Of a DNA stretch of 64,000 nucleotides, positions 49,351-59,788 are shown one piece after another (positions within the stretch are counted from its first letter, which is position 1; each line of letters begins with the position of its first letter). Under the pieces are notes generated by a model. That model was not told where the DNA came from, did no database searches, and was given only the letters and a program-made list of their open reading frames with translations. The DNA is from Cyclobacteriaceae bacterium. GTDB taxonomy: Bacteria; Bacteroidota; Bacteroidia; Cytophagales; Cyclobacteriaceae. The stretch is taken from assembly GCA_965267435.1 (NCBI GenBank), contig OZ253960.1:4368505-4432504 (forward strand). The letters run 5' to 3'. A program made the translations under genes and the position numbers.

Positions 49351-50676
49351 ATGATGAATTGGGAAAAGCTGATGTCGCCATTGCGGGCCGGCGAGTCACA
49401 AACAAGTGTCGATGACGAGATCCGGACGCGATTTGATCAGGATTATGATCGGATCGTGTTTTCTCACCCCTTTCGGAAGCTGCAGGATAAAACGCAAGTC
49501 TTTCCGCTACCGGAGCATGACTTCGTTCACACCCGATTGACGCACAGTCTGGAGGTATCGAGCGTAGGACGATCTCTGGGCAAGGAAGTCGGTAAGACGC
49601 TCATTGAGCGCCATGGTCTGTCACTATCGACCCATCATTTTGGTGGCGTGGTGGCCGCGGCCTCCCTTGCCCATGACCTGGGCAATCCACCATTTGGACA
49701 CTCTGGTGAGGATGGGATAAGCGCGTATTTTACAACGCAGTCGGGGACGAAACTCCAATCCGAAGTAAAGGGAGAGGAATGGGTGGAATTGAACAGATTC
49801 GAAGGAAACGCTCAGGGATTTCGTATCCTCAACCATGAAAGGTACGGTGGCCTCCGACTTACGTACGCGACCTTAGCGGCCTTCACCAAATACCCGAAAA
49901 CGGCTTCCTCCCCCTCCGACAAGCAGCGACGAAGTCAGAAGAAATATGGCATCTGTATCAGCGACAGGGAGCTGTACAAAAATTTGGCTGCCGAAATGGA
50001 AATCCCTGCGGTCACTCGGGATGTCTACCTCCGACATCCGCTATCATTCCTGGTGGAAGCAGCAGATGACATTTGCTATCATATCATCGACCTCGAAGAC
50101 GGATGCAGGTTAGGCCTGGTGAGCCTGGAGGAAACTGTGGAACTGCTCTCCGCTATTATTGGCGATCGCTTTTCAGTAGAAAAATTTCAAAAGATCACCA
50201 GCAAAGACGAGAAGCTCGGGCTCCTGAGAGCCATGGCCATCCACCAACTGGTCACCGAATGCGTGGAGTGCTTTCTCGACAATGAGAAGGGTCTGCTGAC
50301 AGGTGAATTTGATCAGTCCTTGACCGATGAGATCCCGTCCGCTCCCGTCCTCAGCCGGATCATCGATCTATCAATAAAGAAGATCTATCGCGCGCGGCAA
50401 GTTGTTGAGCGGGAAGCAGCGGGATTTGAAATCATTGAAAAGCTCATGCAGGCTTTCTGTGAAGCCATGTATGACAAGCACCACGGATCCAAATTCCAAA
50501 ACCCAAGATTGCGGGCCATCTACAGGTTACTACCAGCAGATTATGATCACCTGATGAGTCGTGAGAATTCCATCTACACAAATCTGCAGGTGATCGTAGA
50601 CTTCGTAAGTGGCCTAACCGACAAAGCGGCGGTCAATCTTTACAAGACCATCTCCGGCTTCACGCTACCAAGTTGA
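49351..50676 (+). CDS. dgt: dGTP triphosphohydrolase-like HD-domain protein
   Basis: FRKLQDKTQVF, HTRLTHSLEVSSVGRSLG and AHDLGNPPFGHSGE motifs. Confidence 0.9.
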   Translation: MMNWEKLMSPLRAGESQTSVDDEIRTRFDQDYDRIVFSHPFRKLQDKTQVFPLPEHDFVHTRLTHSLEVSSVGRSLGKEVGKTLIERHGLSLSTHHFGGVVAAASLAHDLGNPPFGHSGEDGISAYFTTQSGTKLQSEVKGEEWVELNRFEGNAQGFRILNHERYGGLRLTYATLAAFTKYPKTASSPSDKQRRSQKKYGICISDRELYKNLAAEMEIPAVTRDVYLRHPLSFLVEAADDICYHIIDLEDGCRLGLVSLEETVELLSAIIGDRFSVEKFQKITSKDEKLGLLRAMAIHQLVTECVECFLDNEKGLLTGEFDQSLTDEIPSAPVLSRIIDLSIKKIYRARQVVEREAAGFEIIEKLMQAFCEAMYDKHHGSKFQNPRLRAIYRLLPADYDHLMSRENSIYTNLQVIVDFVSGLTDKAAVNLYKTISGFTLPS

Positions 50677-50783
50677 GGAGGTCGGGAACTATGACCATTG
50701 TATGTAAACAATGCATGGATTTTAGGTGTTTCTTTGTACTTCATAACCAGGCTCTTTCGTTCGATCGAAGTGGATAAAATCAT

Positions 50784-50791
50784 TAAATTTG
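50784..50791 (+). promoter_or_regulatory. Bacteroidota -7 promoter box (TAAATTTG) upstream of the MMPL/RND transporter
   Basis: Exact TAnnTTTG match, about 117 nt before the ATG at 50909. Confidence 0.3.
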
Positions 50792-50908
50792 CGGACTGTT
50801 TCAACATGTAAGGGCTACAGGAAGGCGGAACGATTTAGAAGTGGCAATCTCTTTAGTACCAAAATCTATTTTCTCAGGGAAGAAATTCGGTCAAATAGAC
50901 TGTAACTA

Positions 50909-53290
50909 ATGTGGTATAGGCTCTCAAAATTCATCCTCAAATACCGGTTACTCCTCATTTCGGCCGTGGCCATCATTACGGCCATCATGGGCTACTATGC
51001 TCAGTTCACGAGGATGTCCTATGAGATGATCAGTATCGTTCCCGATGATGATCCCGATGCGATCTACTTTCAGCAGTTCAAAGAGTTGTTTGGTCAGGAC
51101 GGGAATATCATCGCTTTCGGCTTTGAGGACAGCACGATCTACCAGGTGGACAACTTCCGCAGGGTCGGTTATATGATTGATGAGCTCGAGAAGCTCAATG
51201 GTGTGATCGATGTACTCGGACTACCCAACTTGCAGAAGCTCGCCAAAAATCAGGAGCAGAAGAGGTTCGATCTGGAAGACGTCTTCCCTGCTCAGATCAT
51301 GTCGCAAGAGCATCTTGATAGCCTGATTGCAGGGGCGTCGTCACTGAAGTTTTATAGCGGCCAGCTGATCAACCCCGAAACAGGTGCCTCCCTGGTTGTC
51401 ATATCCCTGGACAAGGAAATCATCAATTCCGAGGATCGCATAGAATTGATCTACGACATCGAGAGGATCGGGCTGGAATTCGAACGAGCAACAGATATTG
51501 ACGTGCATATCGCTGGTCTACCGTATGTACGGACCACGAACATGACCCGGATCAAGGGGGAACTCAATAAGTTTCTGATCCTTTCTATCGTGGTCACCGC
51601 GGCGATCCTATTCTTCTTTTTCCGTTCGATCAAAGCCGTCCTGATACCTCTGGTCATCATCGGATCTGTGATCGTATGGGTGCTGGGATCTGTCACGCTC
51701 TTTGGCTATGAGCTGACGGCATTGACCGGACTGATCCCATCGATCATTGTTGTGATAGGTATCCCTAACAGCGTCTATCTGCTCAACAAGTACCATCACG
51801 AATTCGCACAACATGGCGATCATCATCGGGCGCTCCGGCAGATCATAAGAAAAATTGGGATCATCACCCTGATAACGAATGCCACCACTGCCATCGGATT
51901 CCTTGTTCTGATCTCGACGCAGATCCCCATTCTGATGGAATTTGGCATCATCGCGGGTATTAATATCCTGGCAACATTTATCGTCAGTATCATCTTGCTG
52001 CCGAGCATCTTTTCGTACGTCAAGCCCCCCAATCAGCGACACCTCAAGCATCTCGAGTTTCCGTTGTTGCAGGCCATCCTAAGGTGGCTCGACCTGATCG
52101 TTAGAAGACATCGACCAGCAATATTCCTGATGACCATCATCGGGATCACCATCTCTGTATTTGGACTGCTACAGATCCGGGCATTGTCCTACCTCGTGGA
52201 TGACCTACCCGAATCGACAGATGTCATGAAGGACTTACGCTTTTTCGAGAGAAACTTCGAGGGAATCATGCCCCTGGAGTTGGTCGTAGACACTGGCACG
52301 AAGAATGGCGTCAAGAACCTCCGATTCCTGCGAGAAATCGACGGCTTCCAAAGCTATATGGACTCCCTGCCTTACATCTCACAGCCCATCTCGGTTGTCA
52401 CTTTTATAAAAGCGGCGAAGCAGGCGTTTTACAATGATGCTCCCAGCTTTTACTCCTTACCCACCAATCGGGAAAGGGGATTGATCCTACAATACCTGGA
52501 GGGCAACGAAGAGCAAAAGAAGCTGTCACAGTCCTTTGTCGACACCACAGGCCAGATCATCCGGGTGTCCTTGAAAGTCGCCGACGTGGGCTCCACAAGA
52601 ATGGACTCACTCGTCAACGACGTGATCAGACCACGGATCGATGAGTACTTCGCCGAAAGCAAGCTGTCCGCTGACATAACGGGCACGACCTACCTTTTCA
52701 TCAAGGGCAACAAGTTCCTCATAGAGAACCTGATCACCTCGATGATCATTGCCTTCGTTATCATCGCCATCATCATGGCCATACTATTCCGAAAGGGTAA
52801 GATGATCGTCATCTCTCTGATCCCGAATGTCATCCCTCTGGTAATGACAGGAGCAATCATGGGGTACTTTGGGATCCCACTCAAACCCAGCACGGCGCTT
52901 GTCTTCAGCATTGCTTTTGGGATTTCCGTGGATGACTCCATACACTTTCTCGCCAAGTACCGGCAGGAATTGGCCCGAAATGGTGGGGATGTTTCCCTTG
53001 CGATCAGCGTCAGTATTCGGGAGACTGGTACGAGTATGATCTATACTTCGATCATATTGTTCTTTGGCTTCGTGATTTTCTCTTTTTCACAATTCGGAGG
53101 TACCATCGCCCTGGGCCAACTCACGTCGATCACTCTGCTCATTGCCATGCTGACCAATGTCATTTTGTTGCCCGCGTTACTCATGCAATTTGACAAAAGG
53201 ACAGTGACGCAAACCAACGACGCTACTGTTCCGTTCAGTGAGAACGGACAAGACCATAGCCATTCCAGCTCAGAAATCCTGAATCAATAA
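50909..53290 (+). CDS. MMPL/RND-superfamily transporter
   Basis: 793 aa with two 6-TM bundles, each preceded by a large loop. This is an MMPL-like repeat organisation (GIPNSVYLLNKY; AFGISVDDSIHFL). Confidence 0.85.
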   Translation: MWYRLSKFILKYRLLLISAVAIITAIMGYYAQFTRMSYEMISIVPDDDPDAIYFQQFKELFGQDGNIIAFGFEDSTIYQVDNFRRVGYMIDELEKLNGVIDVLGLPNLQKLAKNQEQKRFDLEDVFPAQIMSQEHLDSLIAGASSLKFYSGQLINPETGASLVVISLDKEIINSEDRIELIYDIERIGLEFERATDIDVHIAGLPYVRTTNMTRIKGELNKFLILSIVVTAAILFFFFRSIKAVLIPLVIIGSVIVWVLGSVTLFGYELTALTGLIPSIIVVIGIPNSVYLLNKYHHEFAQHGDHHRALRQIIRKIGIITLITNATTAIGFLVLISTQIPILMEFGIIAGINILATFIVSIILLPSIFSYVKPPNQRHLKHLEFPLLQAILRWLDLIVRRHRPAIFLMTIIGITISVFGLLQIRALSYLVDDLPESTDVMKDLRFFERNFEGIMPLELVVDTGTKNGVKNLRFLREIDGFQSYMDSLPYISQPISVVTFIKAAKQAFYNDAPSFYSLPTNRERGLILQYLEGNEEQKKLSQSFVDTTGQIIRVSLKVADVGSTRMDSLVNDVIRPRIDEYFAESKLSADITGTTYLFIKGNKFLIENLITSMIIAFVIIAIIMAILFRKGKMIVISLIPNVIPLVMTGAIMGYFGIPLKPSTALVFSIAFGISVDDSIHFLAKYRQELARNGGDVSLAISVSIRETGTSMIYTSIILFFGFVIFSFSQFGGTIALGQLTSITLLIAMLTNVILLPALLMQFDKRTVTQTNDATVPFSENGQDHSHSSSEILNQ

Positions 53291-53313
53291 GAAAATACTC
53301 GGTTCGCGCACCA

Positions 53314-56300
53314 ATGAAGAAGTATCCCGAATACAAACAAGTTGATTACCCAACCATCGCTAGCGAGGTCCTCAAGTTTTGGGAAGACAACCGTGTTTTT
53401 GAAAGGTCTGTCACAGACCGGGAAGGCGCAGAGACTTTCACCTTTTATGAAGGTCCCCCTTCTGCTAACGGTAGCCCTGGGATCCACCACGTCATTGCCC
53501 GGACCATCAAAGACATCTTCTGCCGTTACAAGACGCAACAAGGATACCAGGTAAAGCGCAAAGGCGGCTGGGACACGCACGGCCTACCAGTGGAAATCCA
53601 GGTAGAAAAACAACTGGGCATCACCAAAGATGACATTGGTAAAAAGATCTCCGTCGAGGAGTACAATCAGAAGTGCCAGGAAGCGGTGATGAAGTTCAAG
53701 GACGAGTGGGACGACCTCACCAGGAAGATGGGATACTGGGTAGACCTGCAGAATCCGTACATCACGTTCAAGCGAGACTACATGGAGAGCCTCTGGCATC
53801 TCCTCAAGCAGCTGTTCGAAAAGGGACTGCTGTACAAAGGCTACACCGTACAGCCGTACTCGCCTGCAGCAGGGACGGGACTGAGTTCTCATGAGCTCAA
53901 TCAACCCGGCACCTACCAGGACGTCAAAGACACCTCGATCGTCGCGCAGTTCAAGGTGAAGAAAACGGATTTGTCGCAAGAGTTCTTTGACGGTGAGGAG
54001 GACCTACGGATACTCGCCTGGACGACCACGCCGTGGACGCTGCCCTCCAACTGCGCCCTGGCCATCGGTGAAGACATTGATTATGTGAAGGTGAAGACCT
54101 TCAACCAGTATACGCATGAAGCCGTATCGGTCATCCTGGCTAAGGATCTCGTCGCCAACTTCTTCAATCCTAAGGCGAAAGATCTTCGCCTTGATGAATA
54201 TGAGGCGGGAGCCAAACTGATCCCATATGAGATCAGCGAGCCTTTCAAAGGCAAGAAGATGTTGGAGTGGCGCTACGAGCAACTCATGCCGTACGTCACC
54301 AATGAAAACCTGGAAAAGAATGCCTTCAGGGTCATTGCAGGAGATTTCGTATCCACCGAAGATGGTACGGGCGTGGTACATACTGCCTCGGTTTTTGGCG
54401 CGGATGACTTTCGCGTAGCGCAGCAGAATGGTGTCCCTGCAGTAATGGTGCAGGACGAAAGTGGCCACGACCAGCCATTGGTGGACAAACATGGCCAGTT
54501 TGTAAAGGAAGTGACGGACTTCGCGGGCCGATTCGTGAAAGAAGAGTACTACGATGATGAGGTCCGCAAGGCACCCGATTTTAAACCGACGGACGTCCTC
54601 ATTGCCATCAAACTGAAAGAGGACAACAAGGCCTTCAAGGTTGAGAAATACGAGCACAGCTATCCCCACTGCTGGCGAACGGATAAACCGATACTCTACT
54701 ACCCTTTGGACTCGTGGTTCATCAAGACCACTGCTTTGAAGGACCGGCTTGTTGATTTGAACAAGACCATCAATTGGAAGCCGGCTGCTACCGGGACTGG
54801 ACGATTTGGCAACTGGCTGGAGAATCTGGTGGACTGGAATCTGAGCCGCTCAAGGTATTGGGGTACACCGCTGCCCATATGGGTGACCAAGGATCGGCAA
54901 TCGATGAAATGCATCGGGAGTCTGGCGGAGTTGCGTGAAGAGGTAGACAAGGCTGTCCAGGCCAACTTGATGGATGAACCTCTCTCCGAGGATTTTGACT
55001 TGCATCGCCCCTACGTGGACAATGTGGTGTTGGTATCGGACGACGGCGAGCCGATGTACCGGGAACCAGACCTGATCGACGTCTGGTTTGACTCGGGGGC
55101 CATGCCTTATGCCCAGTGGCACTATCCTTTTGAAAACAAGGAGGTCTTCGAAGCGAATTTTCCTGCAGATTTCATTTCGGAAGGTGTAGACCAGACCCGT
55201 GGTTGGTTTTTCACCCTTCACGCCATTGGTGTACTGCTCTACGATAGTGTCGCTTTCAAAAACGTTTTGTCAACCGGGCTTGTGCTTGACAAGAACGGCA
55301 ACAAGATGTCGAAGAGGTTGGGCAATGCGGTGAATCCGTTTGAGACGCTGGCCAAGTATGGTCCGGACCCCACAAGGTGGTACATGATCGCCAATGCCAA
55401 CCCATGGGATAACATGAAGTTTGACCTGGATGGTGTGCTGGAGGTGCAGCGAAAACTCTTCGGTACGTTGTCCAATACCTACTCCTTCTTCGCACTCTAT
55501 GCAAACATTGACGGGTTCACATTTGAGAATGAGACCCTACCCCTGTCGCAGCGCACAGAAAGTGATCGCTGGATATTAAGTAGGCTCAACACGTTGATCA
55601 GCGAAGTCTCGGCTAGCATGGATGACTATGAGCCGACAAAAGCCGCACGGGCTATCCAGTCTTTCGTTACAGACGACTTGAGTAACTGGTACGTCCGGTT
55701 GAACAGAAAGCGCTTCTGGGTCGGAGAGTACAACGAAAACAAAGAAGCCGCGTACCAAACGCTTTACACGTGCCTGAAGGTAACGGCAAAGCTCATGGCG
55801 CCCATCGCTCCATTTTATTCCGAGCGATTGTTTCAAGACCTCAATTCCATTACAGGGTCAGATGAGGCCCTCTCAGTGCACCTCACGCTTTTCCCCCGAA
55901 AAGACGAGAAGGCGGTGGACGAGGAGTTGGAGGCCCGTATGCACCTGGCACAGCTTGCGTCATCGCTGGTGCATTCGTTGCGTCGCAAGGAGAAAATCAA
56001 GGTGCGCCAGCCGTTGACGAAAATCATGATCCCTATCCTTTATCCCGGAGAAAGGGAGCGGCTGCTGCTGGTGGAAGAATTGATCATATCAGAGACCAAT
56101 GTCAAAGCCGTCGAATACTTAGATGATGCTTCTGGCGTTTTGGTGAAAAAGATAAAGCCTAACTTTCGCAAGCTCGGTGCTTCGTATGGTCCCAAAATGA
56201 AGAAGCTGACTCCCATGATTTCGGCACTGGGTCAAGAGGAAATCCAAACATTTGAGAGGGCAGGAGAGTATTTGTTTGTTGTAGACGATGAAGATATCCA

Positions 56301-56670
56301 ATTGACCCTCGATGACGTAGAAATCGTATCAGAGGATATTCCCGGTTGGTTGGTAGCGAGTGAGGATGGACTCACAGTCGCTCTTGATGTGACGATCACC
56401 GACGAGCTACGACGGGAGGGCATCGCGAGAGACGTTGTTAATCGCATCCAGAACCTGAGAAAGACGAAGGGGCTCGACGTGCAGGATAAAATTGCAATTG
56501 CCTATCAAAGCCAGGAAGCATTGATGGAAGAGGCGATTGCAGAGCATGGAGAATACATCATGAGAGAAACCCAGGCCCTGACACTGAATCAAGGCACCAA
56601 TGGATCGGACGCCGACACCTTGGATATAGATGGCATAGACCTGGTCATTGGCTTAAAAGTTGTGAGCTAG
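53314..56670 (+). CDS. ileS: isoleucine--tRNA ligase
   Basis: PSANGSPGIHH (HIGH-type) and KMSKRLGN (KMSKS) motifs plus a CP1 editing region; 1118 aa. Confidence 0.97.
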   Translation: MKKYPEYKQVDYPTIASEVLKFWEDNRVFERSVTDREGAETFTFYEGPPSANGSPGIHHVIARTIKDIFCRYKTQQGYQVKRKGGWDTHGLPVEIQVEKQLGITKDDIGKKISVEEYNQKCQEAVMKFKDEWDDLTRKMGYWVDLQNPYITFKRDYMESLWHLLKQLFEKGLLYKGYTVQPYSPAAGTGLSSHELNQPGTYQDVKDTSIVAQFKVKKTDLSQEFFDGEEDLRILAWTTTPWTLPSNCALAIGEDIDYVKVKTFNQYTHEAVSVILAKDLVANFFNPKAKDLRLDEYEAGAKLIPYEISEPFKGKKMLEWRYEQLMPYVTNENLEKNAFRVIAGDFVSTEDGTGVVHTASVFGADDFRVAQQNGVPAVMVQDESGHDQPLVDKHGQFVKEVTDFAGRFVKEEYYDDEVRKAPDFKPTDVLIAIKLKEDNKAFKVEKYEHSYPHCWRTDKPILYYPLDSWFIKTTALKDRLVDLNKTINWKPAATGTGRFGNWLENLVDWNLSRSRYWGTPLPIWVTKDRQSMKCIGSLAELREEVDKAVQANLMDEPLSEDFDLHRPYVDNVVLVSDDGEPMYREPDLIDVWFDSGAMPYAQWHYPFENKEVFEANFPADFISEGVDQTRGWFFTLHAIGVLLYDSVAFKNVLSTGLVLDKNGNKMSKRLGNAVNPFETLAKYGPDPTRWYMIANANPWDNMKFDLDGVLEVQRKLFGTLSNTYSFFALYANIDGFTFENETLPLSQRTESDRWILSRLNTLISEVSASMDDYEPTKAARAIQSFVTDDLSNWYVRLNRKRFWVGEYNENKEAAYQTLYTCLKVTAKLMAPIAPFYSERLFQDLNSITGSDEALSVHLTLFPRKDEKAVDEELEARMHLAQLASSLVHSLRRKEKIKVRQPLTKIMIPILYPGERERLLLVEELIISETNVKAVEYLDDASGVLVKKIKPNFRKLGASYGPKMKKLTPMISALGQEEIQTFERAGEYLFVVDDEDIQLTLDDVEIVSEDIPGWLVASEDGLTVALDVTITDELRREGIARDVVNRIQNLRKTKGLDVQDKIAIAYQSQEALMEEAIAEHGEYIMRETQALTLNQGTNGSDADTLDIDGIDLVIGLKVVS

Positions 56671-56687
56671 TTGAAAACCGTTGAAGA

Positions 56688-57332
56688 ATGATTGAAAAAC
56701 TCAAAAACCTCCTCCCTTACTACCTGATTAGCGTGCTGGTCATCACGATCGATCAGATTGTCAAAATGTTGGTCCACTTCAACATGGACATGGGATCAAA
56801 GGGGCAGATCAAAATATTCGGTGATTGGTTCAAACTCCACTACCTCACCAACCCTGGAATGGCCTTTGGGATGGAACTGCCAATCGAAAACAGCAAGGTC
56901 GTCCTGACAATCTTTCGTATCCTAGCGATGTTCGCCATCGGGTACTACTTGTATATGATGCATCGTCGGCAAGCGCATAGCGGTTTTCTGGTATGCATCG
57001 CGTTGATTCTCGGTGGGGCAATTGGCAACCTTATCGATAGCATCTTCTACGGCGTGTGGATCGACAATGCGCCGTTTGATGCACCCACACCATGGTTTTA
57101 TGGACAGGTTGTCGATATGTTCTACATAGACATCTGGGAGGGACAGCTCCCGAGCTTCCTGGGCGGAGGCTATATGGCGCTGTGGCCGGTCTTCAATGTG
57201 GCAGATGCATCCATATTCATCGCCATATCGGTGATCCTCATTTGGCAGCGAAAGTTCTTCCAGGAGGAAATGAAGGAAGAGACGGAAGATCAAAGCTCCG
57301 TTCCTGCTGATACCCCCATCAGCCCTCAGTGA
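56688..57332 (+). CDS. lspA: lipoprotein signal peptidase II
   Basis: NPGMAFG and FNVADASI catalytic Asp contexts, in the conserved ileS-lspA order. Confidence 0.92.
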   Translation: MIEKLKNLLPYYLISVLVITIDQIVKMLVHFNMDMGSKGQIKIFGDWFKLHYLTNPGMAFGMELPIENSKVVLTIFRILAMFAIGYYLYMMHRRQAHSGFLVCIALILGGAIGNLIDSIFYGVWIDNAPFDAPTPWFYGQVVDMFYIDIWEGQLPSFLGGGYMALWPVFNVADASIFIAISVILIWQRKFFQEEMKEETEDQSSVPADTPISPQ

Positions 57333-58237
57333 CCAAGCGGCTGATTGCCGTTGTCGTCGGCATTGTCGGTGTCTTGCTTTTCTCGACCAAGGCGGTTTTG
57401 GTCAAACTCGCCTATCAACATGAGGTAGACGCAGTTACGCTCCTGCTTTTGCGCATGAGTTTCGCTATACCATTTTATTTGACCGTGATCTTCACCAAAG
57501 CGCGACCACTCTCGAGCACGACACGCAGGGAATATGTCTTTGTATTTCTCTTTGGGTTTCTCGGATACTATCTGGCGAGCTATCTGGATTTCCAGGGGCT
57601 CAAATTTGTAAAAGCAGGCGTCGAACGCCTCATCCTCTTTGCCTACCCATCACTGGTACTGATCATCTCATATGTGGCGCTGCGGGAGCGCATTCTCAGA
57701 AGTCAAATCCTGGCAATTGCCGTCACCTACGTAGGGATATTACTAGTCTTTTTACCCGAAGTAGAAGCCGCCGCAAACAGCAAGACCCTTGTCGGTGGAT
57801 TGCTGGTGCTTCTCAGCGCACTATCCTATGCATCCTACATTGTCGGTAGCGGATGGCTGATCCCTAAGTTTGGGGCCTTACGCTTCACCTCCTATTGTAT
57901 GACCGTATCGTGCCTGCTCGTGATGGTCCATTATGCTGTGCAACAATCAGGCAACCTGCAGGTAGTATTATCGCTGGACGCCCCAGTATATGGCTACGCG
58001 TTGCTCATGGCCATCATTTCCACGGTATTGCCATCCTACTTCATCTCGTACGCAATCAAAGAAATCGGAGCCAATCAATTCTCCATCTTCGGAAGCCTTG
58101 GGCCGATATCGACAATCGTGCTGGCATATTTCTTTCTCAACGAGATGCTGGGCTGGATGCAACTACTTGGAGGCACCGTCGTGATCATGGGTATTTGGAT
58201 CGCTGAGAGGAAAAAACCAGCACTTAAAGCCCAATAA
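57329..58237 (+). CDS. DMT-family (EamA-like) transporter
   Basis: GTG start overlapping the lspA stop. Ten predicted TM helices in two EamA-like halves. Confidence 0.8.
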   Translation: MTKRLIAVVVGIVGVLLFSTKAVLVKLAYQHEVDAVTLLLLRMSFAIPFYLTVIFTKARPLSSTTRREYVFVFLFGFLGYYLASYLDFQGLKFVKAGVERLILFAYPSLVLIISYVALRERILRSQILAIAVTYVGILLVFLPEVEAAANSKTLVGGLLVLLSALSYASYIVGSGWLIPKFGALRFTSYCMTVSCLLVMVHYAVQQSGNLQVVLSLDAPVYGYALLMAIISTVLPSYFISYAIKEIGANQFSIFGSLGPISTIVLAYFFLNEMLGWMQLLGGTVVIMGIWIAERKKPALKAQ

Positions 58238-58662
58238 CTACCATTCATCGGGTAGTCTAAGCCTGTCATCTAAAAAAAATTTAAAAAATTTCAATCGAAA
58301 GAGGTTACCTTTTTTGAACTATTCGTATAAAAAATTGAACCATTTGAACACTGATTAATTCTGAACCAATCCTTGGGCGCTTCAATATGAAGAGCCACCG
58401 ATCCGTGCCCTTGTGCGGATCACGTTTGCAGAAGGCAAACCGACTGAAGGGAATGATGGACGCATCAACCGGCGGATTCATAAAGTTTCTGAATGTCAAC
58501 AAGGAATATACTTTGCGAGGATTTTCTATCGGTACCCTGGACGTCCGATAAGAAAGTTGTGTTGGTAACCTTCCTCAAAGAGAATATTAGCTATGGAAAG
58601 AAAGTCCAGGATCTAATACTCCAAACTGAACTACTTGATGCAGTTTACCTAAATCAGCACCA

Positions 58663-58688
58663 GGCCGGGATTCGCACGAGTCCCGGCC
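58663..58688. terminator. strong hairpin downstream of the CPBP protease gene (possible terminator)
   Basis: GGCCGGGA-ttcgcacgag-TCCCGGCC is an 8-bp GC-rich stem, 22 nt after the minus-strand stop at 58710. The U tracts are weak on both strands. Confidence 0.4.
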
Positions 58689-58709
58689 TTCTGCATTTTA
58701 GGCGTTCCA

Positions 58710-59711
58710 TCATTTCCAGACTGTATTTTGAAGCCAACCGAAAAATTCCATCAGCCACGCCACACCTACGTGAATGAAAACCCCTCCCCAGATATTGCGA
58801 CTATAGTAGGCTATGATACCGAGGATGTAGCCCCCAAAAATTGAGCTAATGGTCTCTGTCAGGGGCTTGCCGAAGTGCAGGAAAGCGTAAGACAAAACCA
58901 TCGGCAGAATGACATGTGGCCCAAGGGTCCGCGCGAACGCCATGATCAGAAAGCCCCTGAATATTAGCTCCACGGTCAGGAAACTGCTGCCATAGCACAA
59001 TTCGTAAAGCAGCACAAAGAACTGCTTCGGAAGGGAGGTCTCCCCCGACCTCAGGTACAATTCCAAGCCCGCTTTGTTGTAGCGGGGGTAGTAATCGCTC
59101 AGTTCTGAAATGAATGAGCCAATGAAAATGCAACCGCCGGTAATCAGGAGGAGCCATGCATAGGGCTTTGGGTCAAACCCTCTCCACGACAAGCCATACC
59201 AATTGCGGGGCCGTTCCTTCTCAAAGATCCAATAGGTCAGCATAAAAGCTGGAAGCGCGATGACCACTTTCGCCACTCGATTCATACACCTCGCAAAGAA
59301 ATGATGATCAATAGCTGGCCACCAATCCATGAGTATTTCATAGCCTATGAACGTCCGAGTGAGGGCCAAAATGCCAAAACCGATCACAAACTTGACCCAG
59401 AAGTCGCGGCTGGAAAGAAACTGGCGGTTGTGTCCAAAGAGGTGGTACAGGCAGGCAACCGCCAGGAATGGCAATCCTTGAAACAGAAACATCCACAGCC
59501 AAATGATCGGCTCACCCCAGTAGCTGTCGATGTACGAGTCCTCAAAATCCAACCAATAATTAATGGTGATCGTGATGATGGCGAGAAGGACAAAGCCAGC
59601 ATAAACGCGGCGGTCAAAGTGCTCCTCGTGGTAGAGGCGCAGGTAATAGAGGATCTTTTTCAACTTTCGGGTCTGTCTCCTGCTAAAAATAATATCTCCT
59701 TGCGAGTGCAC
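58710..59711 (-). CDS. CPBP-family intramembrane glutamic endopeptidase (CAAX protease/Abi-like)
   Basis: Polytopic. LTVELIFRGFL (EExxxR-type motif 1), FLHFG (motif 2) and FIHVGVAWL (motif 3) in the C-terminal part. Confidence 0.8.
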   Translation of the reverse strand: MHSQGDIIFSRRQTRKLKKILYYLRLYHEEHFDRRVYAGFVLLAIITITINYWLDFEDSYIDSYWGEPIIWLWMFLFQGLPFLAVACLYHLFGHNRQFLSSRDFWVKFVIGFGILALTRTFIGYEILMDWWPAIDHHFFARCMNRVAKVVIALPAFMLTYWIFEKERPRNWYGLSWRGFDPKPYAWLLLITGGCIFIGSFISELSDYYPRYNKAGLELYLRSGETSLPKQFFVLLYELCYGSSFLTVELIFRGFLIMAFARTLGPHVILPMVLSYAFLHFGKPLTETISSIFGGYILGIIAYYSRNIWGGVFIHVGVAWLMEFFGWLQNTVWK

Positions 59712-59788
59712 GTGCTACAACTGAGTAGATTAAATATGTGTCACCGAATTAGACTCTTCGCGGAGTTGTCGTTCTGGCTGTTTCATAC

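Noticed and set aside
49351-50676. The dGTPase as a possible anti-phage dNTP-depletion defence gene.
   Set aside because: It sits between glyQS, an M90 peptidase and core transporters, with no neighbouring defence, mobile or accessory genes. It looks like the housekeeping Dgt-type HD protein.
58595-58610. GGAAAGAAAGTCCAGG, resembling the RNase P RNA CR-I element GAGGAAAGUCCGG.
   Set aside because: Only about 100 nt remain before the next gene. No matching P4 partner (ACAGAAnCCGGCUUA-like) is present on either strand, and the match itself is interrupted.
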